Below, in pieces: positions 25,581 through 39,900 of a DNA stretch of 64,000 nucleotides (positions within the stretch are counted from its first letter, which is position 1; each line of letters begins with the position of its first letter). This stretch comes from Eledone cirrhosa (taxonomy: Eukaryota): positions 128,402,001 to 128,466,000 of the forward strand of contig OZ024743.1 in the NCBI GenBank assembly GCA_964016885.1, written 5' to 3'. A model generated the notes under the pieces. The model was given only the letters and a program-made list of their open reading frames with translations, was not told the DNA's origin and did no database searches. Position numbers and translations under genes: made by a program.

Positions 25581-25917
25581 CTGTTTAGTAAAGAAAGAAG
25601 GAAGATATCCTTAGCCAAAATACATGCAACAGAGTGGACTCTGCTAAAGGTTTCAATGAACAGGTGGTGGTGTTAAATCAGGTGATAGATTAGGTCACAG
25701 TGGAATTTGAGCTCAGAATGCAAAAAACTGGAAAACATTTTGTCCCCCTACAATTGTAACAACTGCAAATTTGCCACAAATTAAAATCGCCAGAGCTTAG
25801 TGTATTGCTGCTTTTGTTGGTGATAAAAACAATTCTTTTGATAAATGTAATATGAAAATATCTGGTGAAGTAGGTTGCATGCTTGTTATTCAGAGATGTG
25901 TTATACACAATGACTGT

Positions 25918-26240
25918 GCAGGCACATAGCTTAGTGCTTATGTGTGGTATTTAGCTCATGACTATAAAGTCATGAGTTTAATTCCCAGTGACACATTGTG
26001 CCCTGAGCAAGACACTTTATTTCACATTGCTCCAGTTCACTCAGTTGGTAAAAATGAGTTGTACATGTAATTTGTTGGACCAGCCTGTTACACTCTATGT
26101 CATGCTGAATATCCTTGTAAACTACGTTAAAGATATACATGTTTGTGAAATACTCAGCCACTTGTATGTTAATTTCATGAGCAGGCTGTTCTGCTGATTA
26201 AATCAACTGGAACACTTATCATCAGAACCAACAGAGGTCC
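25918..26240 (+). mobile_element. tRNA-CORE SINE family C (other copies about 53360-53680 minus, partial 39230-39370 and 44520-44670)
   Basis: tRNA-like head, cctgagcaagacactttatttcacattgctccag core, distinct body ...actcagccacttgtatgttaatttcatgagcaggctgttc. Confidence 0.7.
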
Positions 26241-27279
26241 AACACACATAATGTATGTGTAACAGTATAATCATCAACTGTTACAAGGCCAAAGGAGATG
26301 CACTAGAAAGACACTACTACAGAAGTATCAAACTGATGGACCAGGTTATAACAGTTGACATAAATGGCTAAACCCAGATTAAGTGTTATATAATATTTAA
26401 TCTCATTTTTCTAAGTCAAGAATTCAACTCCTGCTAAGTTTAATTCTGCATTTTACTTTGCTTGGGCACTGACCTTTCCTTCAAACTCACAAAATACACT
26501 AATAAACGAATAAATTAATATTATTAGTAGTTCTCACCGGGGTTAGCTTTGCCTTTCATCCTTACAGGGTCAATAAAATAAAGTACCAGTCACGCAGTAA
26601 TTGCTGGCCTTGTGCCAAAAGTAGAAACAATTATTAGTAGTAATTGTTCAACAGCAGATCAGTTGTGGCCAGCAAACTTATGATTAAAAATCTTCCAACC
26701 ATCACAATTCCACGTTTTTGTATGTATATCTACAACTACAAATCCTGTGAAGATTAGTGGCCCCAAAGCTAAATTGTCCCTGAAGAAAGGGTCAAAATTT
26801 ATCAGTTGATTAGAACTCGTAAATAACCAGATGTATAATTTGCCAAAAGGGTTAAGAGAACTTTTCAGTTGCATCAAGGATATGACAACGTCTTCAGTGC
26901 TGGTGCTATTATAGAATGCACCCAGTACACACTTTAATGAGATTGATGCTAAAAAAAAAACCCTAGTAGATCAGCAATGTTTGAGCACTAGTAACAGAGT
27001 TATATTACACTGGTGGACTTAGATTGCGTATTCTAGGAAATTATAAGTTTCTAAATGTTGAATCTGATGATAATGATGATAAAAATACAAAATCAAAACA
27101 AAGAAACAAATGATAGAAACATTTTATATTAGATTACTGAAGAATATCATGTTAAGAATTAAAAGTTAACCATTATATGATCTCAAAAACTAGATTATTT
27201 TTGCCTGAGTAGAGGACATTAATGGGACGATGGAGTCTATATAATTCACACCCAATACATTGCTTAACATTTCCAAAAT

Positions 27280-28915
27280 GTGTCACTGATAATCTCTAGG
27301 TGTGACACCAATAATCTTCAGGTGTGTCACCAATAATCTGTAGGTGTGTCACCAATTATCTGTAGGTGTGTCATCAAAAATCTCTAGGTGGGTCACTGTT
27401 AATCTGTAGGTGTGTCACCAATAATCTGTAGGTGTGTCACCAATAATCTCTAGGTGGGTCAATGTTAATCTGTAGGTATGTCACCAATAATCTGTAGGTG
27501 TATCACTGATAATATCTTATTGTGTCACCAATAATCTGTAGGTGTGTCACCCATAATTTGTAGGTGTGTCACCAATAATCTGTAGGTGTGTCACTGTTAA
27601 TCTCTAGGTGTGTCACCAATAATCAGTAGGTGTGACACCAATAATCTCTAGGTGTGACACCAATAATCTCTAGGTGTGTCACTGTTAATCTCTAGGTATG
27701 TCACCAATAATCAGTAGGTATGTCACCGATAATCTGTAGGTGTGTCACCGATAATCTGTAGGTGTGTCACCGATAATCTGTAGGTGTGTCACCAATAATC
27801 TGTAGGTGTGTCACCCATAATCTGTAGGTGTGTCACCAATAATCTGTAGGTGTGTCACTGTTAATCTCTAGGTGTGTCACCAATAATCTGTAGGTGTGTC
27901 ACCAATAATCTGTAGGTGTGTCACCAATAATCTCTAGGTGTATCACCAATAATCTCTAGGTGTATCACCAATAATCTGTAGGTGTGTCACCCATAATCTG
28001 TAGGTGTGTCACCAATAATCTGTAGGTGTGTCACCAATAATCTGTAGGTGTGACACCAATAATCTCTAGGTGTGTCACCAATAATCTGTAGGTGTGTCAC
28101 CAATAATCTCTAGGTGTATCACCAATAATCTGTAGGTGTGACACCAATAATCTCTAGGTGTATCACCAATAATCTGTAGGTGTGACACCAATAATCTCTA
28201 GGTGTGTCACAAATCTGTAGGTGTGTCACCAATAATCTGTAGGTGTGTCACCAATAATCTGTAGGTGTGTCACCAATAATCTATAGGTGTGTCACCAATA
28301 ATCTCTAGGTGTATCACCAATAATCTGTAGGTGTGTCACCAATAATCTGTAGGTGTGTCACCAATAATCTGTAGGTGTGTCACCAATAATCTATAGGTGT
28401 ATCACCAATAATCTCTAGGTGTATCACCAATAATCTGTAGGTGTGTCACCAATAATCTGTAGGTGTGTCACCAATAATCTCTAGGTGTATCACCAATAAT
28501 CTGTAGGTGTGTCACCAATAATCTCTAGGTGTATCACCAATAATCTGTAGGTGTGTCACCAATAATCTGTAGGTGTGTCACCAATAATCTATAGGTGTAT
28601 CACCAATAATCTCTAGGTGTATCACCAATAATCTGTAGGTGTGTCACCAATAATCTGTAGGTGTGTCACCAATAATCTATAGGTGTGTCACCAATAATCT
28701 CTAGGTGTATCACCAATAATCTGTAGGTGTGTCACCAATAATCTGTAGGTGTGACACCGATAATCTCTAGGTGTGTTACCGATAATCTGTAGGTGTGACA
28801 CTAATAATCTCTAGGTGTGTCACCAATAATCTGTAGGTGTGACACCGATAATCTCTAGGTGTGTTACCGATAATCTCTAGGTAAATCATGACACTTTACT
28901 GTGTCACTGATAAGT
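27280..28915. repeat. 22-bp tandem minisatellite, consensus AGGTGTGTCACCAATAATCTGT, about 74 copies
   Basis: Period 22 confirmed (for example agg at 28219 and 28241). Ends of the array are more diverged. Confidence 0.97.
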
Positions 28916-29317
28916 GCTTTCTAGATGTAAGGTGAGCTAAGCATGGACCAGACTAGAACACTACATACGTTCTCGACCTGCTAGAAACATCGGCTAGATC
29001 TTCCTTAAATCATATTTCTACCATCTTAGAACAGGATTCATTGGATCATATGATCCAGGGTTCACTGCACATAGGGAAATATGGAGGAAGCACATAGGTC
29101 TGCTTGATCAGGGCTAATCTGAAGCAAAACAAAAACCGTAATACTTTGTACCAGGTGAACCAATTTTCAATGATTTCTAACTGACAAACAGCGAAAAATT
29201 TTGGGTGGGCAGATACAATTGATAAACTGATCCCAGCATGTTACTGGTACTTATTTTATTGACTCCAGAATTATGAAGAGCAAAATCAATCCTGCTGACA
29301 TTCAAACTTAGACGGTA

Positions 29318-29350
<33 letters not shown>

Positions 29351-29754
29351 GCAGCAGCAGCAGTAATAGAAATAGCAGCAGCAGTAGTAGTGGTGGCAGT
29401 AGTAGTAGTAGTAACAGCCGTTAACATCATCATCATCGTCAACTTCATCATTGAATCCCCAGTAAAGTAGTGAGGTTTAAAATGTAATTGATGACAAGGG
29501 GGTAGATATAATGAAGTGTTGGGGGATGACCTTCCACCCAGTAATTATTAGAAATGATGGGGTGGCAACTGAAACTGTATATTCCATGATGTGTAACATA
29601 TAGGAGGAAGATCTGCAGAATGGGGTGGTTGAATTGGTTTGGTAGAAAATATTATGGAAAGGTCAGTACTTTGGTGGGAGGGGAACTGTCAACGCCCTGG
29701 AAAAATATACAGAATGGAATAGAAGTGAGTGAAAATAAGAATCAAACCAAAATA

Positions 29755-30098
29755 GTGGTTTCTACTTTAGGCACAAGGCCAGCAATTTGAAAGGGAATGA
29801 AAAGCAAAGCTAACCCCAGTGGGATTTGAATTCAGAACGTAAAGGGTCGTAACTCTATGCCACTAAGCATGTTGTCCGATGCTCTACCGATTTTGCCAAT
29901 CCACCAAGAAAATTGTTTCTACTTTTGGCACAAAGCCAGCAATTAACCCAGTGCATTACTGGTACTTTATTTTATCGACCCCGTAAGGATGAAAGGCAAA
30001 GCTAACCTCGGCGGGATTTGAACCCAGACAGTAAAGAGCCGTAACTCTATGCTGAAAATCATGGCGTCAGGCACACTATCGATACTGCCAATCCATGC
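29755..30098 (-). mobile_element. Two tandem SINE B copies
   Basis: Repeated gtttctactt...ggcacaa...gggatttgaa...gccaatcca units. Confidence 0.85.
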
Positions 30099-30154
30099 CA
30101 TGTGTGTTTGTATATTTGTGTGTATCAGTGTGTGTGTGTGTGTGTGTATAGGAA

Positions 30155-30335
30155 GTTATGCACAAGTTACTATTGTGGGAACCAATTCAAGGGAAACGCA
30201 GTAGAAGAAGACCTGTCCAAACATTCATCGATCAACTCTCAGAAGGGAGCAGTTGCCAGGAGCAACGGAAAACTGAATTGTGGAGGGACTTTGTCAAGAA
30301 TGTTCAACGGGTCGCAATGGTGCTGGAACAGGTCC
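30155..30335 (+). mobile_element. 3' end of another RTE family ORF
   Basis: HKLLLWEPIQGKRSRRRPVQTFIDQL...ELWRDFV resembles the LLWEPxHGxRxRGRPxxTYIDxL RTE C-terminus. Confidence 0.7.
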
Positions 30336-30899
30336 ACTAATATATACGTGTGTGTGTATGTGTATGTAGATGTGTATCTATCAACATGTGTGTGTGTGTG
30401 TGTATGTATCCATATGTATTTGCATGTTGCTCTGTGTATATGCATGTATGCATCTATGTGTGAATATATGCATTAATGGATGTGTTACCGTGTGTGTGTA
30501 TGTGTGTATGTATGTTAATGTGACTGTGTATGCGTGCTAGTATTAATGTGTTGGCGTCGGTGTGGGTATGTGTAGGAGCATGTTGATGTCAGTGTGTATG
30601 GAGGTGGGGTATGGGGTAGGTAGGTGGGTAACTTGAGAAGTGAGAGAGAAAAAATGAAGGAAAGCAGTGAAGTAGGGGTGAGGTAGGCCAACAATAAAAC
30701 CTAAGGACTAGGAGGGGTGAGAGATTAATAAGGGGTTATGTATGGGATTTGAAAGAACAAAAGGGAGTATTGTGAATGAAAAAAGGCGAAGTGGGGTGGG
30801 GGGAGATTTGTCATGAAACAAGGAGAAGAAAGGAGACAGGAAGAAAGATTTAGTAAACATACAATCTTTGATTTTATCATGAGAAGGGTACATGTGTGG

Positions 30900-30937
<38 letters not shown>

Positions 30938-31029
30938 TGTATGTACAAATGTATGTGTGTGTATATATATGTGTCTTCTCTTTGTTAATTCTCCTAAGTT
31001 TATATATATATACTGTATGTACAAATGTA

Positions 31030-31087
<58 letters not shown>

Positions 31088-31129
31088 TGTCTTCTCTTTG
31101 TTAATTCTCCTATGTTTATATATATATAT

Positions 31130-31343
31130 ATTAGAAATTATAAGCTTTCACCGTATTTTAGACTAAAGAAATTTCTAGCCTGATAGTGGGGTTTATAACC
31201 CTCGGAGAAATGGAAAGAGATGAGTGTTGCTGTACATGTACGGCAACACTCATCTTTTTCCATTTCTCCGAGGGTTATAAACCCCACTATCAGGCTAGAA
31301 ATTTCTTTAGTCTAAAATACGGTGAAAGCTTATAATTTCTAAT
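31130..31343. repeat. 214-bp spacerless palindrome
   Basis: Centre gtaca|tgtac at 31236/31237, arms of 107 bp with two G-T mismatches. Confidence 0.97.
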
Positions 31344-31504
31344 TTCTAATTTCAAACTCGCGCACCGTTTCAAAAAACATACTTACATGTTTACGTTTAT
31401 AATTTGCTTGTATATATATATATATATATACATACCTACGTATACATCTATATGTATCATATCACTGTCATCATCATCATCATCATCCTCATTTAATAGC
31501 TGAT

Positions 31505-32545
31505 TTCCCTGTTGGTGCTTCTGAATGTGTACTGAGAAGAATTGTAGCTAGAGTGATAGCAGAACGGAATAAGTTTGGGCGTAGCTGTTACTTCTGCTGG
31601 CAACCAAAGGATTTTTTCTCAGAATGAAGGACAGATTTTATGGTAAATGTGTTTAAACTGCAATGCTGCATTATAGGGAATCATGGGCCATGAGTGGAGA
31701 AGATTTGCAAGGGCAAAAAAGAAATGAAGCCAGCATGCTTCACTGTATGTGTAATGTTAGTGTGCATGAATGACAGAGTATAAGTGAGCTGATAGAGAAA
31801 CTGTACATCATAACAATTTCTACTATATGCACAAGGCCAGTAATTTGGGGAGAGGGGAAAGTTGATTAAATTAACCCCAGTGCATTACTGGTACTTTATT
31901 TTATCCAACCCATAAGGATGAAAGGCAAAGCTAACCTCGGCAGGATTTGAGCTCAGAACATAAAGACAATTGAGTATAGCATGCAAGAAAGGTGATTATT
32001 CTGGTATGGTCATCGGATACATGAGGAGAGTGTGTGTGCTTGAAATGGATCAAACCTGTGGAAGAAGGAAACCAAGGAAGACATGGAAAAAAGTTGTGAA
32101 GAAGGACATCAAGAAACTAAACCTCACAAAGGAGATGACACAGGACTGAGCTGACTGTCAATATGCTTATGATGCAAATGACCTGCCCACTAGTACATGC
32201 ACTGTAACACTAAAAGTAAAAGTAAACATGGTAAGAGATGGAAACTACAGTGTTTGATGATTAGAGACAATATAGGGTTCACAAGAACTCTTCAGCCTGG
32301 CCAAGCAACCTCTATAGGGCTGGTACCACAATAAAATACCCCCAGTACACTCTATAAAGCCTCGATGTCTTGAAATATGTACCTAGAACATTCTGTAAAG
32401 GTGTTGGCATTAGGAAAGGCATCCAGCCATAGAAAGTATGCCAGATATGCAACATATGACCAAGATGAAGTAATTCTAACCCATCTGGTTTCCAACTGTG
32501 ATTTGTCCATGCCAGCATGGAAAATGGATGTAAAATAAAGAAGAC
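31505..32545 (+). mobile_element. Old RTE LINE 3' part interrupted by SINE B (about 31812-31965)
   Basis: Decayed VARV...LATKGFFLRMKDRFY...KRNEASMLH...GRRKPRKTW, then UTR with ttggcattaggaaaggcatccagcc. Confidence 0.8.
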
Positions 32546-33149
32546 GATAGCAGAGCAATCTTTATTGGTCAATCTATGCTACGACTTGGAGCTATAACTG
32601 TGGTAATTGATATCAACAGCAGCAGCAAAAGTAGTGAAATTTATTAAATACTAAATTCAATTATATATATATGTGCTCTGACTAGGTTTATTTTCACAAC
32701 AATGATGTTGTTGAGTGATTAAAGGAAAATATGATCAATACTATTATGTACTGATCAAAATTATTGTGCATTGATCACAATTATTGTTGTATTTTTGCTC
32801 CTGATATCCATAACTTTGGTTGAGCTGACTTGTGGGTCTAACAAGGAGCTATTTTTAGTATTCTTATTAGCCTACCTGTACTATCTGCTTAGTCATTATA
32901 ACACACGTGCTTTCATAGTGGAAACTATGTCTGCATGGCAGGAGCTATGAGTAAATAATATGCTGCCTACTGATGAGTACCCAAAGATGCCATGTAGTAG
33001 GATCAAACCTGGAATTTGATGATTGAGAAGTGAATGTCTTAACTACTCAGCCATGCCTGCCTTGGAACACAATATGATTCTATCAACATCAGTTTTGATT
33101 TTTTTTATCCCTATAACAACAAAGGGTTTTTTTTATTTATTTTGGGAGC

Positions 33150-33405
33150 CAAAGGTCTCATGAGTCTGGGGCCTATCTCAGTTTCATGTGGTGTTAAGTG
33201 ATTAAAAGTACAGGACTCTCTCCTGGATGAGAGGCCAGTCCATTGCAAGGCTGCTGATGATACTCATTTTCAGCTGAGTGGATTGGAGCAAGATGAAAAG
33301 AAATGTTTTGTTCAAAAATACAATGCTCAACTCAGCTTGGTAATCAAGCTCAAGTTCTTCTGGTCATAAGCCTAGCACCCTAACCACTTAGTCATGCACC
33401 TTCAC
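33150..33405 (-). mobile_element. Old tRNA-CORE SINE
   Basis: Minus strand tgactaagtggttaggg head and tgctccaatccactcagctgaaaatgagt core. Confidence 0.6.
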
Positions 33406-36400
33406 TACACTACATAGTTTTACTAGGCCACACACTTTCACATAACAGATAAAGAATAATTTTCAATTTCTTTCACAATATTTACCATTTGTTACTGAAT
33501 ATATATCATTTGTTAAACAACATATGCAATACTGTTATACAATAGCTACCATACTGTTTACTAATCTTATGTAATGCCAACTAAGACAACAAACACAAAC
33601 TGTTTCCTGAGATCTTATGAGAGCCAGAATTTAGCTTCAGATTTACAGCTTTAAACAGCTGGCAGAAAAGTCTCTTCCCTGCTATAGAGCACCATCTATA
33701 GAGGAAAGCTTTCCCAGAAGTTCTATTATCTATTACTGACAACTAGGTAACTAGATAAACTGAGAGACATGGAAGAAAATTACCTCCCACCAAGATACAC
33801 AACAAAATTACCAAATTTTTGAAATGGATTGGGGTGCACAAACAACGAGACAGTAGTCTAATACTATATCCATTCAACCATATCTGTCATTACATTGATA
33901 ATATCTGGAATATCCATTTTAGTTGTGTGATTAAGACATTGCTTATCAGTAGGGAAAGGTTCAAATGTAGATATGGTAACTAGATAGATCAATGTAGGAT
34001 GATGTAAATGAAATCTCACTTTATAGGAAACAAGCCACAGATAACATTCACAGAAACACTGTTTATCTTTGTTTCAATATCATTGGTAGAGACATGTTAG
34101 TATTTTTGAAATAAAGAAAGATTAAATGATTATTTATATACTAATTAATAACTTTGTTGTTATTTTTATAGCATTAAGATACCAATGAAATATAATTAGA
34201 AGCACCACCAATAGAAATAATTAAAAAATAAAAATAAAAAATGTAAGCCATCTCAGGTTGGGGAGATTGATGTGGTTAATGTTGAGTTTAAACTACTGTC
34301 TGTTGATGTATTTGCTTGTGTGAGCAGAGGGAAAATTTCAGAAGGGTGTGGTTCTGAGTGGGGAGGAGTGGGTAAAAAGGTTTAACGTGTTATCTGGGTA
34401 GACCTTACTATATTTAATGCAACGTTTGGTCGATTTTTGTCTTAAGAAGATCATTTCAAATTCAATTAAATTTTGTTCAACCAAAGCTAAACATATTTCC
34501 ATAAATTGTGACTGGTTGGAGATATATGTGATTGTTGATTATAGTTGGCTTTTAGTTGAACTAAAAGGAATCTTAACAAGTGTTCCATAGATTGTGACTC
34601 TAGGCCACTGTCATACATGATGTCATTGAAGGAGCTGTATGCATCTATTGAGTATTACCATGGTTATGACAACATCAACCATCAGACAACCAATATATTT
34701 CTACCAGGTAATGAGATAAAGTAAAAACGATGATGATAATGAGCAGGAGGAGAGTGCACTAAATTGATGAAGGTGGAAGTGGTATGCATGATAATAGTTT
34801 GGAAGATCACAGGTAGTTGCAGTAAAGCATCAGTAAAGAGAGAGAGAAGACAGAATATCTGTGGGGCAACTGCTATTTTTTTAGAAAAGGGTATAGCATA
34901 TCCCTTCATGTTGTAAGAAGCACATAAAAGGATTGGTGTTAAGTAGGGTATCTAGCTGTAAAGTAGTGCCTCAAAAAGTCCCATCCAAACCATGCTGACA
35001 TGGAAATAAGGACATAAAAATGATGACGATGATGGTGGTAGTTGTGGTAGTATTAGATAACCAGAAATAACATGTGCTGTATTGTGAATATGTAATTCAG
35101 TTGCAAACAAATTTTCTCATAAATAATCTAGCCAGTTAGTGGGTGCATGCACATATATGGCTCTGTGTGTACATGTTAAATATCAACAACTGATCTAACT
35201 TGAAGTGTATTCTTCCCGTTCTGTGGATAATGTTTGGTTCTGTATTTGTTAGAGAGAGAGAGAGAGAGAAAGAGGGAAAGACTGAATAAGGGAGGTCACC
35301 ATGACAGATCAGCATTGGATATCAATTATGTAGCAAATTATATAATATATTGTATTAGTAACACACATACAATATATAACTTACATGAAACCGCCCCAGA
35401 ATCTTATGAAAAACCTCTCATTTTAACATGTTCAGATTATAAGTCATTCATGCTTTTGTAAAATGTTTCAAAACATTAATACCATTATAAAAAAGTTATT
35501 TTACTAAATCCTTTTAAATTCTTTTTTAATTTTCAAAATTAACTGAAATTAACTGAACAACAAAAAGTTTAACCCTTTTGAAACCAAACTACCTGAAACC
35601 CCACTGGATTTATCATTCAAAACTGCTCATTTAAAAATGTTCATCCTTATTTTTAAATCTTTCATGATGATTTAAAAAAAATGTTGTAAAGTAATGTTCT
35701 AAATATCAAATTACAATTGAAAAACCTATTTTGAAGTTCCTCAAAATCTTTTGGTTATTTTCAAAATTAATTGAAATGTATAGGCAGTGTATTTCATTAG
35801 AAATATGGTAATGAAAGAGTTAGGTATATTGACAAATGTTCTTACAATGAATACTACAATCACTTACATAAACACTTAAATGTTTTAAATGGTAAAAGAG
35901 TAAAAAAAAAAGGTGTTCTTAACTAGAGAAACTAAGAATTAAACTATAATAGGTCTGCTTAGTGTATATAGTATATATGACAGCATTATTTCAGTTGAGT
36001 GGTGTAGGAAGTCTTGCCAGTGAGGAAGTTACTAACCAAGACATTTAAAACAATTAAAGCCAAAAATGGAGGAAAGAACAGATAGAGAAAAATATCACAG
36101 AATGATTGTTTTGTTTTGTTGGTTTTTTCGTTTTATTTTGTTTTGTTTTTTGCCCTAAGTCATGATTAACTCTTTTGGCCAGAAACCACCCTTGTTTTTT
36201 GTTACAAAGGTTTATATTTATCTAAAAACCTTCCATCATAATTGTATGTTACACTCCAAACACCAGCTTAATGAAAAATTTATATTAGTAAATCCCTCCA
36301 GCTTCTTCATTATTTTTCAAATGATATGAAAATCATAGGCAGAGTTTTTCATTAGAAATATTGTAAAGAAAGAGTTAAAATAAAAAGGAAAATTATATTC

Positions 36401-39400
36401 TCTCTTGTGCAAGGAAACCATTGTAGAGCAACAGACAACAAGATATTTTACAAGTCACAGCTTTGAACAGAATGTTTTGGAAAATATCAAATTACAGATA
36501 TTTAACTGCTGGGCTAAATGCACCAAGAAGAATAAAATGAAGAAATAAACCCAGCAAAGATCAGCATGACCTATATGTGTGTGTGTGTGTATTTCTATGT
36601 CTATATATATATGTATGTATGATTATATGTGAGTGTGTATATATTGATCATTGGTTGTGGAAAAATCACAGAGGCAGAAATGTTGTTATTCAATATTTCA
36701 TGTATTATATATCGTTCTGAACAATAACTTAGAATACTGGGTAAAATACTCCTATGGATGGAAAAAAGGGGCCAGTAGCCACTGCAATTTCAAATTTTAA
36801 ATCACCCAGCACTTTGATAATTCATTAAATATATATATCGTTTGTTTAGAATTGTTGGAACCAACCAACCAACCGGAAATTTATAAATTTATTATAATAA
36901 ATTGAAGTGAAAGCAACTGGTGCATGTGTTTCTTATTGGCAACATGACCCCCCCAAAGTATAACAATAAATATATATAAATATACATCAACATCGTCATT
37001 AGGATTTAACATCTGTTTTCCATGCTAACACGAGTTGAATGGGTTGTCACAAACTAAATCAGTACTTTATCAGAGCTACTAATCTCTATAATAAGTTAGT
37101 GTTATATGGCGCAATTCTGTGTTCCTGAACTCTGCTAAGTGCACCAGGTCCATTTTATCATGGCACCAGCACTAGGGAGGTTACCGTGTCTTTTACACCA
37201 GAGAAGAGTCTTCTCAACTCTTTGTTTAGCAAGTTTTCTACAGCTGGACGCCCTTCCTATCACCAACTACTCTACAGAGTGTACATAGTGCATTTATCAT
37301 GATACTAACATTAGAGAAGTTATTATGCCCTTGATACAACTAAAAAGTCCTCTTGACATTTTGGTGGGTACAGTTTCTATACAGTGATGGCCTTCCTATT
37401 ACTAACTTCCTTACAGGGTGTGTAGGGCCCAATTTTCATGGCAGCAGCACTAGGGAGATTGTGTGGTGACTGGAGGATTCCCTCAGACATTTTTGAAAAA
37501 TGAAACTATTCAGCCTTGAAAGAGTATTAATTTTTAAAAAAATCATCTTTACAATAAAATAAGTAGTAGTCAAATACCAGGAGTATAGAGTTGTTGGTTA
37601 ATCTAACTATACCCTTCTCTGTAAAATATGTTGCTTGCTTTTATTGTCATGGCCCCTACTTGTACAGGTTTACATAGCCTCCGATGCAATTACAGCCCAT
37701 AGGAGGTTTTTTGGATTTTGTAATGATAGGGGCCCCAGTTCAATTATGTTGTCATTTTTCAAGAGACAGAAGGCAGAATTTGAACTCAGAATACAGAGGT
37801 GGAACAGATGCTACAAAGCATCATCATCATCATCATCATCATCATCCTTTTTTTTTGCTTTGATTGCATGGGTTAGACAATGCTCTAATAATTACATCAG
37901 TCCACCACTCTGGACTGATACCTTATTATTGACCTTAAAAGGGTGAAAAGTTAAATGAACCTTGGTAAGATTTGAACTCAAAGTGTAGGGACCTGGAACA
38001 CTCAAAATATTCATCTAATTAATCGCAGCATGTGAAGCCTTGTGCCAATGTTATAGAACAATTATTATCACAAACCTTATTATTTTCATTAACATTCATC
38101 ATCATAATTTTCATTATAAATATCATTCTTACTGTTGTTGTTGTTGGCAGCAATAAGCAAATGCTGACCTAAATGTCAACATCTTCCCAAGATGGCTTCT
38201 GCTGTTGACTGCTACTTGATAGCAAATTCAATGACAACTTTAGCCCAACAGCACACAAAGGGCTCCCAAGTGACTTTCTTGCAACGGTACACCTGCCTGA
38301 CAACGCTTCCTATAATACCTGACAATTTTGCTGTCTACTAACAGATAACACAGCAATCTTCCACTACCCTACCCTATATGCAACACTTACAATTTATTTT
38401 TTTTTTTCCATTACTGGCTTCAGTCATTAGGGTGTGGCTATGCTAAAAAATTGAATAGTTTCAAGGAATAAAAGGAACGATCGACTTTCGTCAAATCGGA
38501 CCGAGGGAACAATGTTTCCGCTGGTCTTTCCAATTGCTAATACTATCTATCGGTCACAACTCCAGGTAGAAGGAGCAACGTGAAATAAAGTGTCTTGCTC
38601 AAGGACATAACGCATCGCCTGGTCCAGGAATCAAACTCACAACCTTACGATTGCCAATCCAATTCTCTAACCACTCAGCCACACGCCTTCAAGGAATTAA
38701 GTGATTAATTTAACCCAGTTACTGTTTCATGTCTGGTATATTCTTTATCAATCCCTATTCATTAAACCACTAAGTTACAGGATATAAACAAACACTAAAT
38801 ATAAACATAGACACGGACATACACAAGTATAGCATCTTTGGTTGAGCTAAGCCAGGGGAGTAAAATTGAGGAGACAGAAACTGTTTGGAAGCCTATTGAT
38901 GGAATGTACCAGTATTTAAAGAGCCAGTCATGTTACAGTGTTATATGGAATTTCCTTGAGAATTACATCAAAGGTACATGTATCTATGGAATACTTAATC
39001 ACTTACACTATAATGATTTCTGATTTAGGCACAAGGCCAACACTTTTGGGGGAGAGGAAAGTTGATTAAATCGACCCCCATACATTACTGGTGCTTTATC
39101 AACCTTGTAAGGATGAAAGGTAATGCTAATCTCAGCAGGATTTGAACTCAGAATGTAAAGAGCTGTAACTCTATGCTGCAAAGCATGTTGTCCGATGCCC
39201 AACCGATAGTGCCAATGCATCGCCCTCTATAATACAAGATGGACTGTGCTGGTATTTCAAATGGCCAACATTATCACATGCTGTGTCATGCTGATCCTCT
39301 TTGAGAAATATGTTGATGGTACTCATCCACTTACATGTTAACATCATGAACAAGCTGTTCTTTTGATCAAACAGCTTCTTTAATTAACTAATTAATTATG

Positions 39401-39659
39401 TAAGCACTTCTGGAAAAATATATAATGAAGCTAAACCAATGTTAATTAACCAATCATGTAAATTTTTTATTTTACATCAGATTGGTATGGTATGGTCGCG
39501 TAACTCCTGATAGAGTCGTAGTGGCGCCATATTGACATATGGTGTTTCTTGGCTGTTTTAAGCTTGGCGGAACCCATCCCTCCACATTAGATTACTCTGA
39601 CTAAAAACTACGAAACTGAGTTGTTAACTGAGAATGGTCAGTGGGTCTATTCTATGTCT

Positions 39660-39900
39660 AATTACCACCAACAACAACAATAAACACCACTACATCAACC
39701 CCATATCAACACCAACACCACATAAACCTCATATCATCAACACTACCAACAATCATCAACAGTAACATTAACACCACTACTAACACCAACACTACCAACA
39801 GCATTATCAACAACACTGCCACCACCACCACCACTGCTGCTGATTCCACAACCACTACCAACACCACCACCACCACAACAACAACCAACAGCACCTCCAC
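39660..39900. repeat. (CAA/CAC)n low-complexity repeat
   Basis: Direct inspection. Confidence 0.85.

Noticed and set aside
27280-28915. CRISPR-like array
   Set aside because: Contiguous 22-bp units with no unique spacers, no cas genes, and a eukaryotic context.
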